From positions 1 through 53,082 of the forward strand of contig JAOZOM010000001.1 in assembly GCA_029933275.1 (NCBI GenBank): a stretch of DNA of 53,082 nt. Direction: 5' to 3'. The notes beneath the pieces were generated by a model, which had not been told where the DNA came from, ran no database searches, and was given only the letters and a program-made list of their open reading frames with translations. Source of the DNA: Anaerolineales bacterium (GTDB lineage: Bacteria > Chloroflexota > Anaerolineae > Anaerolineales > Villigracilaceae). The translations under genes were made by a program, and so were the position numbers. Shown here in pieces: positions 36,051-44,661 of the stretch (position 1 is its first letter; every line of letters begins with the position of its first letter).

Positions 36051-36153
36051 TGAACACGGATAATACGGATTTTACGGAGTTTTTTTGATAGTTACGGAGA
36101 AAAAAACGTAGTTTTATGACCTTTTCCGTGCAACTCCGTGCGCTCCGTGTTCA
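36051..36153. repeat. Intergenic palindromic element A (10-bp perfect terminal inverted repeats, phased ACGGA/TCCGT pentamers)
   Basis: TGAACACGGA (36051-36060) pairs with TCCGTGTTCA (36144-36153). ACGGA starts at 36056, 36065 and 36074 (9-nt spacing), with an extra copy at 36094. TCCGT starts at 36125, 36135 and 36144. The arrangement is mirror-symmetric about ~36102. Confidence 0.7.
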
Positions 36154-36250
36154 AACCATCTATGCCCTTTGGGTACAAAAGACAGTAGAAGCAGGAAATT
36201 GTAAGCTGCTTACAATGGTCAAAAAGGACGTTCTCGCTTAAACTATAATT

Positions 36251-37480
36251 ATGAATATTCAGACCCTCCTTGAAAAAATCCGAAAGCCGTGGATACGGCG
36301 CGTTTCTTATGATGCGGCTCGCGGCGCGGGGGTACGGGAAAATTTCGAAAAAGAATTAGCACGTTTTTTCAGCCTTCTTGAGCAAGCGATTCTAACCGGC
36401 GACCCCTCGTGGATTGATCCGCTCCTTTTCGATTGGGCAAATTCGCCCACAGAAAGTGACCTCGCGGAGGGACAGCAAAATCTCTCTACTTTGGTCGCAC
36501 GGGCAAGCGCGTTTACTTTTGATGTGGCAAAAGAAGTTCTCGCTCCAGAAGAGGCTCTTGAGTTGCTCAGTGCCACTTCTGCGATTTATTCTTATGCACT
36601 CTCAAAATCAGCCCGCTACGAAGCGGATACCCGCGTTACTTATGTAGAAAACGAGCTAAGAAATATTCAGAACAAATTAGAACAACTTGACCGAAGCAAA
36701 TCAAATTTTATTTCTGTCGCCGCCCATGAGCTAAAAACCCCGCTGACCCTAATCGAAGGTTACGCGGCGATGATTAGTGAAATGGTAAACGATGATAGTG
36801 CCTCGCAACTTTTAGAAGGGGTACGAGGCGGCGTGCGGCGTTTACGCGCAATCGTAGACGATATGATTGACATTTCGCTCATCGACAATAGCCTGCTCTC
36901 ACTTAACTTTCAACCTTTTTGGCTAAATCAATCGCTCGGTCTCTTAGAAAAAGAACTCCATTCCACTTGCATCTCTCGTCAATTAACGCTTGAAATCAAT
37001 TCCTTTGATGGTGATGGTCAGCTCATTTTTGCCGACCCAGAACGGATTTACCAAGCCTTACGCAACGTGCTTATAAACGCAATTAAATATACACCCGATG
37101 GCGGAAAAATCACCGTTGACGGGCGGATGTTGCCCGGCTTCATCGAAGTCACCGTTAAAGATACGGGTATTGGCATCTCTCTCGAAGACCAACTTACTAT
37201 TTTTGAGAAATTCAACCAACTTGGCGAAGTTTCTCTGCACTCCAGCAGCAAAACCGCGTTCAAAGGCGGCGGTCCCGGGCTGGGACTTCCGATTACGCGC
37301 GGCATCATCGAAGCGCACGGCGGAACCATCTGGGTCGATTCGGAAGGTTGCGATGAAAAAACCTGTCCGGGCGCATCCTTCCACATCCTATTGCCCGACC
37401 GTAGTGAAGCAAGCGACCCCAAAGTAGAAAAGCTCTTCGCTACCGAAATGGCTTCTCTTAAGACTAAAAACAAACCCTAA
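36251..37480 (+). CDS. Soluble orphan histidine kinase (uncharacterised N-terminal domain - HisKA - HATPase)
   Basis: H-box FISVAAHELKTPLTLIEGY. HATPase motifs LRNVLINAIKYTP, DTGIGI and GGPGLGLPITRG. No TM helices. No clear RBS, so the start is less certain. Confidence 0.8.
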   Translation: MNIQTLLEKIRKPWIRRVSYDAARGAGVRENFEKELARFFSLLEQAILTGDPSWIDPLLFDWANSPTESDLAEGQQNLSTLVARASAFTFDVAKEVLAPEEALELLSATSAIYSYALSKSARYEADTRVTYVENELRNIQNKLEQLDRSKSNFISVAAHELKTPLTLIEGYAAMISEMVNDDSASQLLEGVRGGVRRLRAIVDDMIDISLIDNSLLSLNFQPFWLNQSLGLLEKELHSTCISRQLTLEINSFDGDGQLIFADPERIYQALRNVLINAIKYTPDGGKITVDGRMLPGFIEVTVKDTGIGISLEDQLTIFEKFNQLGEVSLHSSSKTAFKGGGPGLGLPITRGIIEAHGGTIWVDSEGCDEKTCPGASFHILLPDRSEASDPKVEKLFATEMASLKTKNKP

Positions 37481-38839
37481 ATGGTCAAAAAACAAACACA
37501 TCCCTCCACAACGCCACGAGAGCGCACTTTTCTCGTTGGCGTTGAAATTTTTGGGGAAGAAGGCTTATTATCTCTCGATGATTCTCTCGATGAGTTAGCT
37601 TTACTCGCAGAAACCGCCGGTTTAGATGTAGTCGGCGAACTCACCCAAAAACTCAATCGCCCCAATGCAAAAACCTTCATCGGCTCAGGGAAAGTGAATG
37701 AACTCAAAGCCCTCGCCGAAGATATGCTGGCGCAAGTTGTCGTTTTTGACGATGAACTTTCCCCGCGCCATCAACGCGAATTGGAAAAGCTACTCGGGGA
37801 AAATATCCGCTTATTGGATCGGACATCGCTCATTCTTGATATTTTTGCCCAACACGCCAAAACCAGCGAGGGGATGCTTCAAGTGGAATTGGCGCAATAT
37901 GAATACTACCTCCCGCGCTTGACGCGTGCCTGGACACATCTGGCGCGCCAAGCTGGGGGCGGGGGCGGACGTTCTGGGAGCGTGGGAGGCGTTGGTTTAC
38001 GCGGTCCCGGCGAGACGCAACTCGAAGTGGATCGGCGCGTCATCGGGAAACGCATCTCGCATATCAAAAAAGAACTAGAGAAAGTACGCGCCCATCGTTT
38101 ACGACATCGCGATAAGCGGAAGAAATCACGGCTGCCCATCGTGGCTCTCGTTGGCTATACGAACGCGGGCAAATCAACGCTACTTAACCAACTCGCCCAA
38201 TCCGATGTTTACGTTGCCGACCAACTCTTTGCCACGCTCGACCCGACTACGCGTCGAGTTGAATTGCCGGGCGGTTATCAATCCCTTTTTACCGATACGG
38301 TTGGATTCATCCAAAAATTGCCGACCACGCTCGTGGCTGCGTTTCGCGCCACCCTCGAAGAAATTGCCGAAGCCGACCTTTTGCTTCAGGTTGTAGATAT
38401 TTCTCATCCCAACGCATTGAATCATTTTGAAGCAGTCGAGGAAACTTTAGCAGAAATTGATGCAAAACATATCCCCGTGATTACCGCACTAAATAAAATC
38501 GACTTGCTCAAGGCAAGCGAAGACGCACAAGAAACACTAAAACACTACCCGCGTGCAATTGCGGTCTCGGCAAAAGAAAAAATCGGCATTGTGGAGCTAA
38601 AAGAGCTTTTGAAAAAAAGTCTTTATGAAACTTACACCCCGATTTTGGTGCGTCTACCTTATCAGCAAGGAAATCTGATTTCTATTTTTCACGAATCCGG
38701 AAAAATAGAGCGAATTGAACACGAACGCGGCGGCGTGCTGATTCAGGGACGCTTGCCCGGTCGCTTAATTGCTCAGTTTGACGGCTGGGAAATTTCTCCC
38801 GATGAGGAAACATCCAAAGAGGAAAATTATGAAGAATAA
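37481..38839 (+). CDS. hflX: GTPase HflX
   Basis: The ATG directly abuts the kinase TAA. It has an HflX-type N-terminal domain, a glycine-rich QAGGGGGRSGSVGGVGLRGPGE linker, G1 GYTNAGKSTLLN, G3 DTVGF and G4 NKID. Confidence 0.9.
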   Translation: MVKKQTHPSTTPRERTFLVGVEIFGEEGLLSLDDSLDELALLAETAGLDVVGELTQKLNRPNAKTFIGSGKVNELKALAEDMLAQVVVFDDELSPRHQRELEKLLGENIRLLDRTSLILDIFAQHAKTSEGMLQVELAQYEYYLPRLTRAWTHLARQAGGGGGRSGSVGGVGLRGPGETQLEVDRRVIGKRISHIKKELEKVRAHRLRHRDKRKKSRLPIVALVGYTNAGKSTLLNQLAQSDVYVADQLFATLDPTTRRVELPGGYQSLFTDTVGFIQKLPTTLVAAFRATLEEIAEADLLLQVVDISHPNALNHFEAVEETLAEIDAKHIPVITALNKIDLLKASEDAQETLKHYPRAIAVSAKEKIGIVELKELLKKSLYETYTPILVRLPYQQGNLISIFHESGKIERIEHERGGVLIQGRLPGRLIAQFDGWEISPDEETSKEENYEE

Positions 38840-39068
38840 AAAGAAAGATAAAAAGAAAAAAGCCTCCGTTTCGGCCTCTTTAGACCATCTCTCTGAATAT
38901 TTAGCTCCCCGCAAGGGATTAATTCCAATGATTGGGATGGGATTGATTCTAATTAATTTATTTCTCCAATTCTTTTTTTTGAATAGCTGGGTTGCTCAAT
39001 CCAACCTCTTCTTACATTTCGGTTTGCTCACGGCGATTTTCGGCTTGATGTTGGCGTGGGCGTTATAA
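38829..39068 (+). CDS. Small Lys-rich two-TM membrane protein (79 aa), function unknown
   Basis: I prefer the ATG at 38829, which is preceded by AAGAGGAAA inside the hflX 3' end. The product MKNKKKDKKKKAS... is followed by two hydrophobic helices. The ORF-track start at 38769 lies deep inside hflX. Confidence 0.5.
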   Translation: MKNKKKDKKKKASVSASLDHLSEYLAPRKGLIPMIGMGLILINLFLQFFFLNSWVAQSNLFLHFGLLTAIFGLMLAWAL

Positions 39069-39088
39069 CTCTACTAAAAGGAAAGCAA

Positions 39089-40894
39089 ATGACAAAGACT
39101 ACCCCTCCCCATTGGGATTTATCAAACGTCTATCCCGCCCTCGATTCGGCAGAATTTAAAGCTGCCCTCGCGACACTTTCCACACAATTGGATGAATTAG
39201 AAACTTTCTTTGGCGAAAAAATCGTCACGAGCAATGCCGAAACGCCCGTTGCGGCACTCGCCACGCTCACCGATGAGATGATTTCTCGCTTCAATGAGAG
39301 CTACGAATTGGCAGAAACTATCGGCGCATATATTTTCTCCTTCATTAGCACCGATTCTTTCAATCAACTAGCGAAAAAACTACTCTCCGAATTCGACCAG
39401 ACCGAAGTCCGCTTGCGGATGTTAGGGATGCGCGCTCAGCAGTGGATTGGTTCTATCGCCGATTTGCTCCCCAAAATTATCGAAGTCTCCCCCACAGCCA
39501 AAGCACACGCCTTCTTCCTCCAAGAAACCGCCGAACAAAGTCGCTATTTGATGAGCGAAAAAGAAGAAGCTCTTGCCGCAGAACTCAGCGTCAGCGGTTC
39601 CGGCGCATGGGAAAAATTGCAAGGCACTGTCACCTCCCAAATGAAAATCGAATTTGAGTTGGATGGTGAGATGAAAGAACTCTCAGCACCGGCTCTAATC
39701 AACTTACATTCGCATCCGGATGAAAGTGTCCGCAAACGTGCTTACGAAGCAGAAATGGAAGCATGGGAAAAGGTCAAAGAGCCGCTCGCCGCGTGTATGA
39801 ATGGAATCAAAGGCTCGGTGAATACCCTCAACAAAAAACGCGGGCGCGAAGATGCTCTCCACGCCTCGCTGGATGCCGCCCGCATGGATCGAGACTCCCT
39901 CAACGCCATGCTCGAAGCAATGGAAGATTCCTTCCCCGTTTTTCAACGCTATTTCTTGGCAAAAGCAAAACGTCTCGGCAAAGAAAAGCTCCCGTGGTGG
40001 GATCTCTTCGCCCCCGCCGGTAACGCCGAAAAAAGCTATACCTTTGAAGAAGCCAGCGAATTCATTCTCGAAGAGTTTGGTAATTTCTCCCCCAAATTGC
40101 GAGAGCTTGCCCAACGCGCCTTCACCGAAAACTGGATTGATGCCGAGCAACACGTCGGGAAGCGCGGCGGGGCGTTTTGTATGGGCGTGCCAAGTGTCAA
40201 AGAATCCCGCGTCCTAGCCAATTTTGACGGGACTTTTGACCAAGTCTCCACCCTCGCCCATGAACTGGGTCATGCCTTCCATGCGGAGTGCATCTTCAGC
40301 GCGGGCAAAACAGCCCTGCAAAGCGAAACCCCGATGACTCTCGCAGAAACCGCGTCCATCATGTGCGAGACGGTGGTCGCCAACGCGGTCATCGCCAAAG
40401 CCAGCAATCCCGATGAAAAACTAGCCATCCTCGAGACCTCCCTGCTCGGCGCAAGTCAAGTGATTGTGGATATCTATTCTCGCTATCTTTTCGAGAAAGA
40501 AGTTTTTGAACGCAGAGAAAAAGCCGAACTTTCTGCCGAAGATTTATGCGAAATTATGGAAAAGGCACAAAAAGCAACTTATGGTGCTGCCCTAGACGAA
40601 AGATATTTGCATAAATATATGTGGACATGGAAACCGCATTATTATTCGGCTGGACTCTCCTTCTACAACTATCCCTACGCTTTCGGCTTGCTTTTTGCAA
40701 CGGGACTCTACGCGATCTATCAGCAACGCGGCGACGAGTTCATTCCGAGCTATATCGACTTGCTTGCCAGCACCGGCGAAGGACGCGCCGCCGAACTCGC
40801 CGACCGTTTCGGCATCAATATCCGCGAGAAGAAATTCTGGGCAGATAGCCTGAAAGTGATTGAGAAGCAGGTGGATGAGTATTGCGAACTCTAA
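39089..40894 (+). CDS. pepF: M3B-family oligoendopeptidase F
   Basis: I prefer the ATG at 39089 (AAAGGAAAG upstream) over the GTG at 39056. Zinc motif HELGHAFH. The length (~600 aa) and C-terminal ...GLSFYNYPYAFG... are typical of PepF-like peptidases. Confidence 0.85.
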   Translation: MTKTTPPHWDLSNVYPALDSAEFKAALATLSTQLDELETFFGEKIVTSNAETPVAALATLTDEMISRFNESYELAETIGAYIFSFISTDSFNQLAKKLLSEFDQTEVRLRMLGMRAQQWIGSIADLLPKIIEVSPTAKAHAFFLQETAEQSRYLMSEKEEALAAELSVSGSGAWEKLQGTVTSQMKIEFELDGEMKELSAPALINLHSHPDESVRKRAYEAEMEAWEKVKEPLAACMNGIKGSVNTLNKKRGREDALHASLDAARMDRDSLNAMLEAMEDSFPVFQRYFLAKAKRLGKEKLPWWDLFAPAGNAEKSYTFEEASEFILEEFGNFSPKLRELAQRAFTENWIDAEQHVGKRGGAFCMGVPSVKESRVLANFDGTFDQVSTLAHELGHAFHAECIFSAGKTALQSETPMTLAETASIMCETVVANAVIAKASNPDEKLAILETSLLGASQVIVDIYSRYLFEKEVFERREKAELSAEDLCEIMEKAQKATYGAALDERYLHKYMWTWKPHYYSAGLSFYNYPYAFGLLFATGLYAIYQQRGDEFIPSYIDLLASTGEGRAAELADRFGINIREKKFWADSLKVIEKQVDEYCEL

Positions 40895-40896
40895 AC

Positions 40897-40930
40897 AAAA
40901 AAGGTCAGTTCAATTGAACTGACCTTTTTT
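40897..40930. terminator. Bidirectional terminator between convergent pepF and the PLD-like gene
   Basis: Perfect 22-nt palindrome GGTCAGTTCAA/TTGAACTGACC (40903-40924), flanked by an A-run and a T-run. Confidence 0.85.
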
Positions 40931-40932
40931 AT

Positions 40933-42231
40933 TTACTCACAAGAGAATTTATCTGGAGCAGGGTCAGAAGACATCGCCCAGATGCGATTAAATTCTTGCA
41001 AATAAAGTGCGGCTATTTCGGGGTTATCTATAATCAATACATTTTCATCGTTGCTTTCATCGGCGTTGTCTGAAAAATTAAAAGAGCCGGTAATCACAAT
41101 GTGCTCATCAATTATGATGACTTTATGATGCAAAAAGCTTGGATTTTCATCCCGTTTTACCGCCATGCCTGCACAATACATTTTGCCTAATTCACTGTAT
41201 TCGGTGCTACTTCCTGTTTTCTCGAAAACGCCCATTACACTCACTCCAGCAAGATCGCGGTTTCGGACGGCTTCTCCCATCGCATCGTGGGTGAAAGAGA
41301 ATGCCAAAAAGCGGATACTGCTTTGGGCGTTATCAAGATAGCGTAAAAGATGCGCGGCAACATCATCTTCGGCGGCAAAAAGGATTTGAATTGGCGTTCC
41401 GTTTATATTGACTTGTTGATTCTCTACGGTAGAAGGCGAACGAGGTCCGAATTCGCCATTCCACATTTCTTCAAATTCACGCTCGTAAATTTCAGCCAGT
41501 GCGGGGGAGTGGATGACAATAGTGTTATTATCTTGCTCAAAAATACCGCTTTCGGTGATATTAGTTGAGCCGGTCCAAAGAATTTTCTTATCGAAAATCC
41601 AAAATTTATTGTGCATAAGCGCGCCGCGAGCATCATCTCGGATTTCGATGCCGGCATCTTCAAGCATCTCGAATTGCCCTCGACCGGGATCTTCGTCCGC
41701 TTCGAGACCATGCTCATCGTCCGTGACCCAGCGCACGTCCACGCCGCGTTCCTGCGCTCGGATGAGCGCGTCCGCGACGGGGGTGAGATTAAATTCAAAG
41801 GAGGCGATGTGAATTGAATCCATCGCCCCATCTATTTTTTTTATCAATTCATCTTCAATGGAGCCTGCATAGTTTTTGGCTGAGTATGCGCCGCTGTGGT
41901 TTACAAAATAGACTTCCCACCAATCGCTGTGCGTTGCGCTTTCAACAGCGGGGACGGGAAGGGTTGGGGGGAGAGACGCAGGCGACTCTGCCATTTCGGT
42001 TGCGGGAAGGGTTGGGGGGAGAGACGTAGGCGACTCTGCCGTTTCGGTTGCGGGAAGGGTTGGAAGGAGAGACGCAGACGATTCTGCCGTTTCGGTTGCG
42101 GGAACTGTCTCCGAAAATAAGCCGATGGGGTCGTTGCCCGTTAGCATGAAATAGCCCCCGAAAAGAATTAACCCAATTAAGAAAAATAAGACAATTATTG
42201 ATTTCCCCGAAATATTTCGTTTTTTAGCCAT
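40933..42231 (-). CDS. Membrane-anchored phospholipase-D-superfamily protein (two HKD motifs)
   Basis: N-terminal TM helix IIVLFFLIGLILFGGYFML, then a Pro/Thr/Glu-rich repeat linker. HKD motifs HNKFWIFD and HHKVIIID. Confidence 0.85.
   Translation of the reverse strand: MAKKRNISGKSIIVLFFLIGLILFGGYFMLTGNDPIGLFSETVPATETAESSASLLPTLPATETAESPTSLPPTLPATEMAESPASLPPTLPVPAVESATHSDWWEVYFVNHSGAYSAKNYAGSIEDELIKKIDGAMDSIHIASFEFNLTPVADALIRAQERGVDVRWVTDDEHGLEADEDPGRGQFEMLEDAGIEIRDDARGALMHNKFWIFDKKILWTGSTNITESGIFEQDNNTIVIHSPALAEIYEREFEEMWNGEFGPRSPSTVENQQVNINGTPIQILFAAEDDVAAHLLRYLDNAQSSIRFLAFSFTHDAMGEAVRNRDLAGVSVMGVFEKTGSSTEYSELGKMYCAGMAVKRDENPSFLHHKVIIIDEHIVITGSFNFSDNADESNDENVLIIDNPEIAALYLQEFNRIWAMSSDPAPDKFSCE
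41956..42099. repeat. 3 x 48-bp in-frame tandem repeat inside the PLD-like gene
   Basis: The units start at 41956, 42004 and 42052 (GGGAAGGGTTGG(G/A)(G/A)GGAGAGACG...TTTCGGTTGC) and differ at a few positions. They encode ATE(T/M)AES..SL.PTLP x3 on the minus strand. Confidence 0.9.
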
Positions 42232-42268
42232 ACTTCATTCTCCTGTTATTTTGTATTCAACCTAAAAA

Positions 42269-42679
42269 TCATTTCTCTTCATCCAACCAGTCCAATAAGT
42301 TTTGGATAAATTCAACCTGCGTGCCTCCCGAAAACTGCTCAGGGGAGGGAAGAGAAAGCCCCTCGCCGTAAAGAGCTTTTGCTCGTTTTTCGATCTTTGC
42401 CCAAAGCTGTGCTCGTTCTTCGGGCAGAGTCTCGGTCTCTTGCCTTAGCCAAATGCGAATGGTACGCATCAAACGGCGGGATGCTTTGAGTTTCGGGTAC
42501 ATTTCTCTTTCAGCGCGCTCATCATCGAGTTGATCTGTTTTCTCAGCAACACTGGCTGCAGTTTTGATTCCCCACCCCTGCAAAATTTCAGCCGCAGATT
42601 CATCTAAGCCACTCACTAAGGCTTCGTTTTCTAAAACACTCTCCACCACTTTTTGAATTCGTTTGCTCAGAATATCCAC
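42269..42679 (-). CDS. Hypothetical cytoplasmic protein (136 aa, acidic, helical)
   Basis: Clean ORF with non-repetitive composition and no competing frame. I recognised no motif. Confidence 0.5.
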   Translation of the reverse strand: MDILSKRIQKVVESVLENEALVSGLDESAAEILQGWGIKTAASVAEKTDQLDDERAEREMYPKLKASRRLMRTIRIWLRQETETLPEERAQLWAKIEKRAKALYGEGLSLPSPEQFSGGTQVEFIQNLLDWLDEEK

Positions 42680-42730
42680 AGCTTTTCTCCTGAATCTATG
42701 CGAGCGATTATGTTCAGCTATTTTACCAAG

Positions 42731-42762
42731 AAAAAAGAATCATCTAGGCGATGATTCTTTTT
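42731..42762 (-). terminator. Rho-independent terminator downstream of the surface-protein operon
   Basis: Stem AAAAAAGAATCATC (42731-42744) / GATGATTCTTTTT (42750-42762) with loop TAGGC. On the minus strand the hairpin is followed by a T-run. Confidence 0.7.
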
Positions 42763-42862
42763 GAAATTTTTCTTTTGGTAGAACAGGGAATCACGGTAAT
42801 TAAACGCGGTAAAGATATTCCTAAAATAAACTGTTCTGAGACATAGAATTTATCATTTTTTC

Positions 42863-42946
42863 AACACGAAAAGCGCGAAAAAAGCGAAAAACACGAATTT
42901 TTAAGTTTTCTTTCGCGACATTTGCCAAATTCGCATAATTCGCGTT
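42863..42946. repeat. Intergenic palindromic element B (related to element A; phased CGAA/TTCG motifs)
   Basis: AACACGAA (42863-42870) pairs with TTCGCGTT (42939-42946), 7 of 8 complementary. CGAA starts at 42867, 42876, 42885 and 42894 (exact 9-nt spacing). TTCG starts at 42912, 42930 and 42939, with a degenerate TTGC at 42922 (about one nt off the 9-nt register). The three TTCG copies are mirror-symmetric to the CGAA copies about 42904.5. Three TTCATC copies follow at 42964, 42982 and 42991. Confidence 0.7.
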
Positions 42947-43014
42947 AAAGATTTCTGTGATTATTCATCTCTAAATCAGTATTCATCCTGTTCATCTGTG
43001 GTTAGCTCTTTTTC

Positions 43015-44100
43015 CTAAACAGTTTCTTTCTTTTTCCCGCCTGCCCAATAGACAAATCCGCCAAGGGCGAGAGCAAGGAAGAAGGAAATTCCAGCAATGA
43101 TAAGCCAAGTGAAACTGCTATCCTTCTCCGCTTTCTCGAAGAAGACTTCTATTTCTTCCGGCGTAAAGATGTTTTCTGTAATCTGCCCTTCCAATTGGGG
43201 TTGACCGTTTTTGATATTCATCCCAATCCCTTCGAGGGTGGCTCTTTGCCCTTCGTATTCTAAAACGATGGAGAGTAGATATTTCCCGTCTGCAAAACGT
43301 GCTGCGCGCGGCACATAGAAAGTGACTGTATCTCCGGGAAGAACAGTATCAAATTCTAAAGGAGTGGTTGTGATCACTCTCTCGGCATTTCTATCGGTCA
43401 CAATGAAGAAGCCTTTTGCCTGCAAAAATATATTTCCTGTATTTTGCACCTCCACCGCAAAGGTTGTTCCCTCTTCACTTTGTTGGTAAAGAGAGATATT
43501 CTTGATTTCTAAACCCGCAAATTGCTCGCCGGGGATATCCATCACGATCGCTACGCCAACACGGCGAATAGTCTCAACTACCAACTGAGAGGCATCGTCA
43601 ACACTATTAGAGTCGATATTGATCATCTCAGGGGCAGCTTCGACAACTAATCCCGCCACATATTGACCCGAGTTTACCCCCGCGGGAATATTGACCTGAA
43701 AAGGGACAACTTGTTCCTCGCCCGGGTTGAGAAAAATCTCATTTGCAGAAAGGGTAATCCACGAGCTTGAGCCGCTACTCATCCCCTCGGAGGGCTGACC
43801 GTATTCAGTAAAATCTGTCCCGCCGTTTTGGGAGGTGATTCCATCTGCGGCGTAGAGTTTGAGAGTCACGGGAGTATCGCCGTCATTCAAGACCAACGCG
43901 GCATCATCAAAAACCGAGCCGGGAGAAACGCGATAAGAAAAATACGAAAAGGTCTCTTCTTGCCCCTCTTGCGCCGTTGTGGGTCTAATTCCGAAAGAAA
44001 TATCGGCTAAAGACTGCGCCATAACGGGCGCGGCAAAAAAGAGTAAGCTCAAAATAACGGAAAAAATCAAGGTTTTTTTATAATTTCTGCGAATCATCAT
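43015..44100 (-). CDS. DUF916/DUF3324-like (CscA-like) cell-surface protein with C-terminal TM anchor
   Basis: Signal peptide ...FFAAPVMAQS. FGIRPT...FSYFSYRVSPGS...LNDGDTPVTLKLYA...NGGTDF and W.TLS...LNPGEEQVVPFQVNIPAG..SGQY.AGLVV resemble the DUF916 pattern. The C-terminal helix WLIIAGISFFLALALGGFVYW is followed by GGKKKE. Confidence 0.6.
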   Translation of the reverse strand: MMIRRNYKKTLIFSVILSLLFFAAPVMAQSLADISFGIRPTTAQEGQEETFSYFSYRVSPGSVFDDAALVLNDGDTPVTLKLYAADGITSQNGGTDFTEYGQPSEGMSSGSSSWITLSANEIFLNPGEEQVVPFQVNIPAGVNSGQYVAGLVVEAAPEMINIDSNSVDDASQLVVETIRRVGVAIVMDIPGEQFAGLEIKNISLYQQSEEGTTFAVEVQNTGNIFLQAKGFFIVTDRNAERVITTTPLEFDTVLPGDTVTFYVPRAARFADGKYLLSIVLEYEGQRATLEGIGMNIKNGQPQLEGQITENIFTPEEIEVFFEKAEKDSSFTWLIIAGISFFLALALGGFVYWAGGKKKETV

Positions 44101-44107
44101 CCCTCAC

Positions 44108-44611
44108 TTAAGGACCTGCGCTGATCGTAATGGTCAGCGTGCTAAGATAACTGCCCGCGTAAGTTTCGGCGGGGACTCTCAAACGAAATTCGGGAAGCAG
44201 ATTATAAATCCCATCACCGCTGCCACTTTCGGCGGAGATAAATTTTGTCGCCGTTTCGCTCAAGGGGATAAACTCTGTTTGGGCGGAGATGGGTAAAAGC
44301 GGATTGCCAGAAACCAAGCTGATATTTTCGGCAAGCAAGCGAAATTCAAGGTTGGAGACGTAGATAATCCCGCCATAACCGTTCTCAAAATTGGTCGCGG
44401 AGATGGTTGCATTCCAGCCATCCAGCGCATCAGTCGAATCCACTTGCCACGGGCTTGTCGTCCCCAAAACGCTTTGATCGTATCCCGTTAAAAAGACATC
44501 CGGAAAAGTCACGGGGGCAGTTGCGATGGTTAAAGCAGCAGAGTGTGTAACCATTAATATCGCAGCACCTAATGCTACAAAAATTGCCAGCCACACACTC
44601 TGTTTCTTCAT
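44108..44611 (-). CDS. Secreted WxL-like domain protein (167 aa)
   Basis: Signal peptide present. DGWNATISATNFENG matches the first WxL motif region. The C-terminus YLSTLTITISAGP resembles the second (Y..tLtWtL...P) with Trp replaced. Confidence 0.55.
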   Translation of the reverse strand: MKKQSVWLAIFVALGAAILMVTHSAALTIATAPVTFPDVFLTGYDQSVLGTTSPWQVDSTDALDGWNATISATNFENGYGGIIYVSNLEFRLLAENISLVSGNPLLPISAQTEFIPLSETATKFISAESGSGDGIYNLLPEFRLRVPAETYAGSYLSTLTITISAGP

Positions 44612-44661
44612 CGGTAAAATCCTATAGAAATCGGTAAGCTTATCCGGTTTCGGGGACTAAC

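Noticed and set aside
41956-42099. Possible CRISPR-like array (regular repeats).
   Set aside because: The repeats are directly tandem with no spacers. They are in frame within a well-supported CDS, and no cas genes are present.
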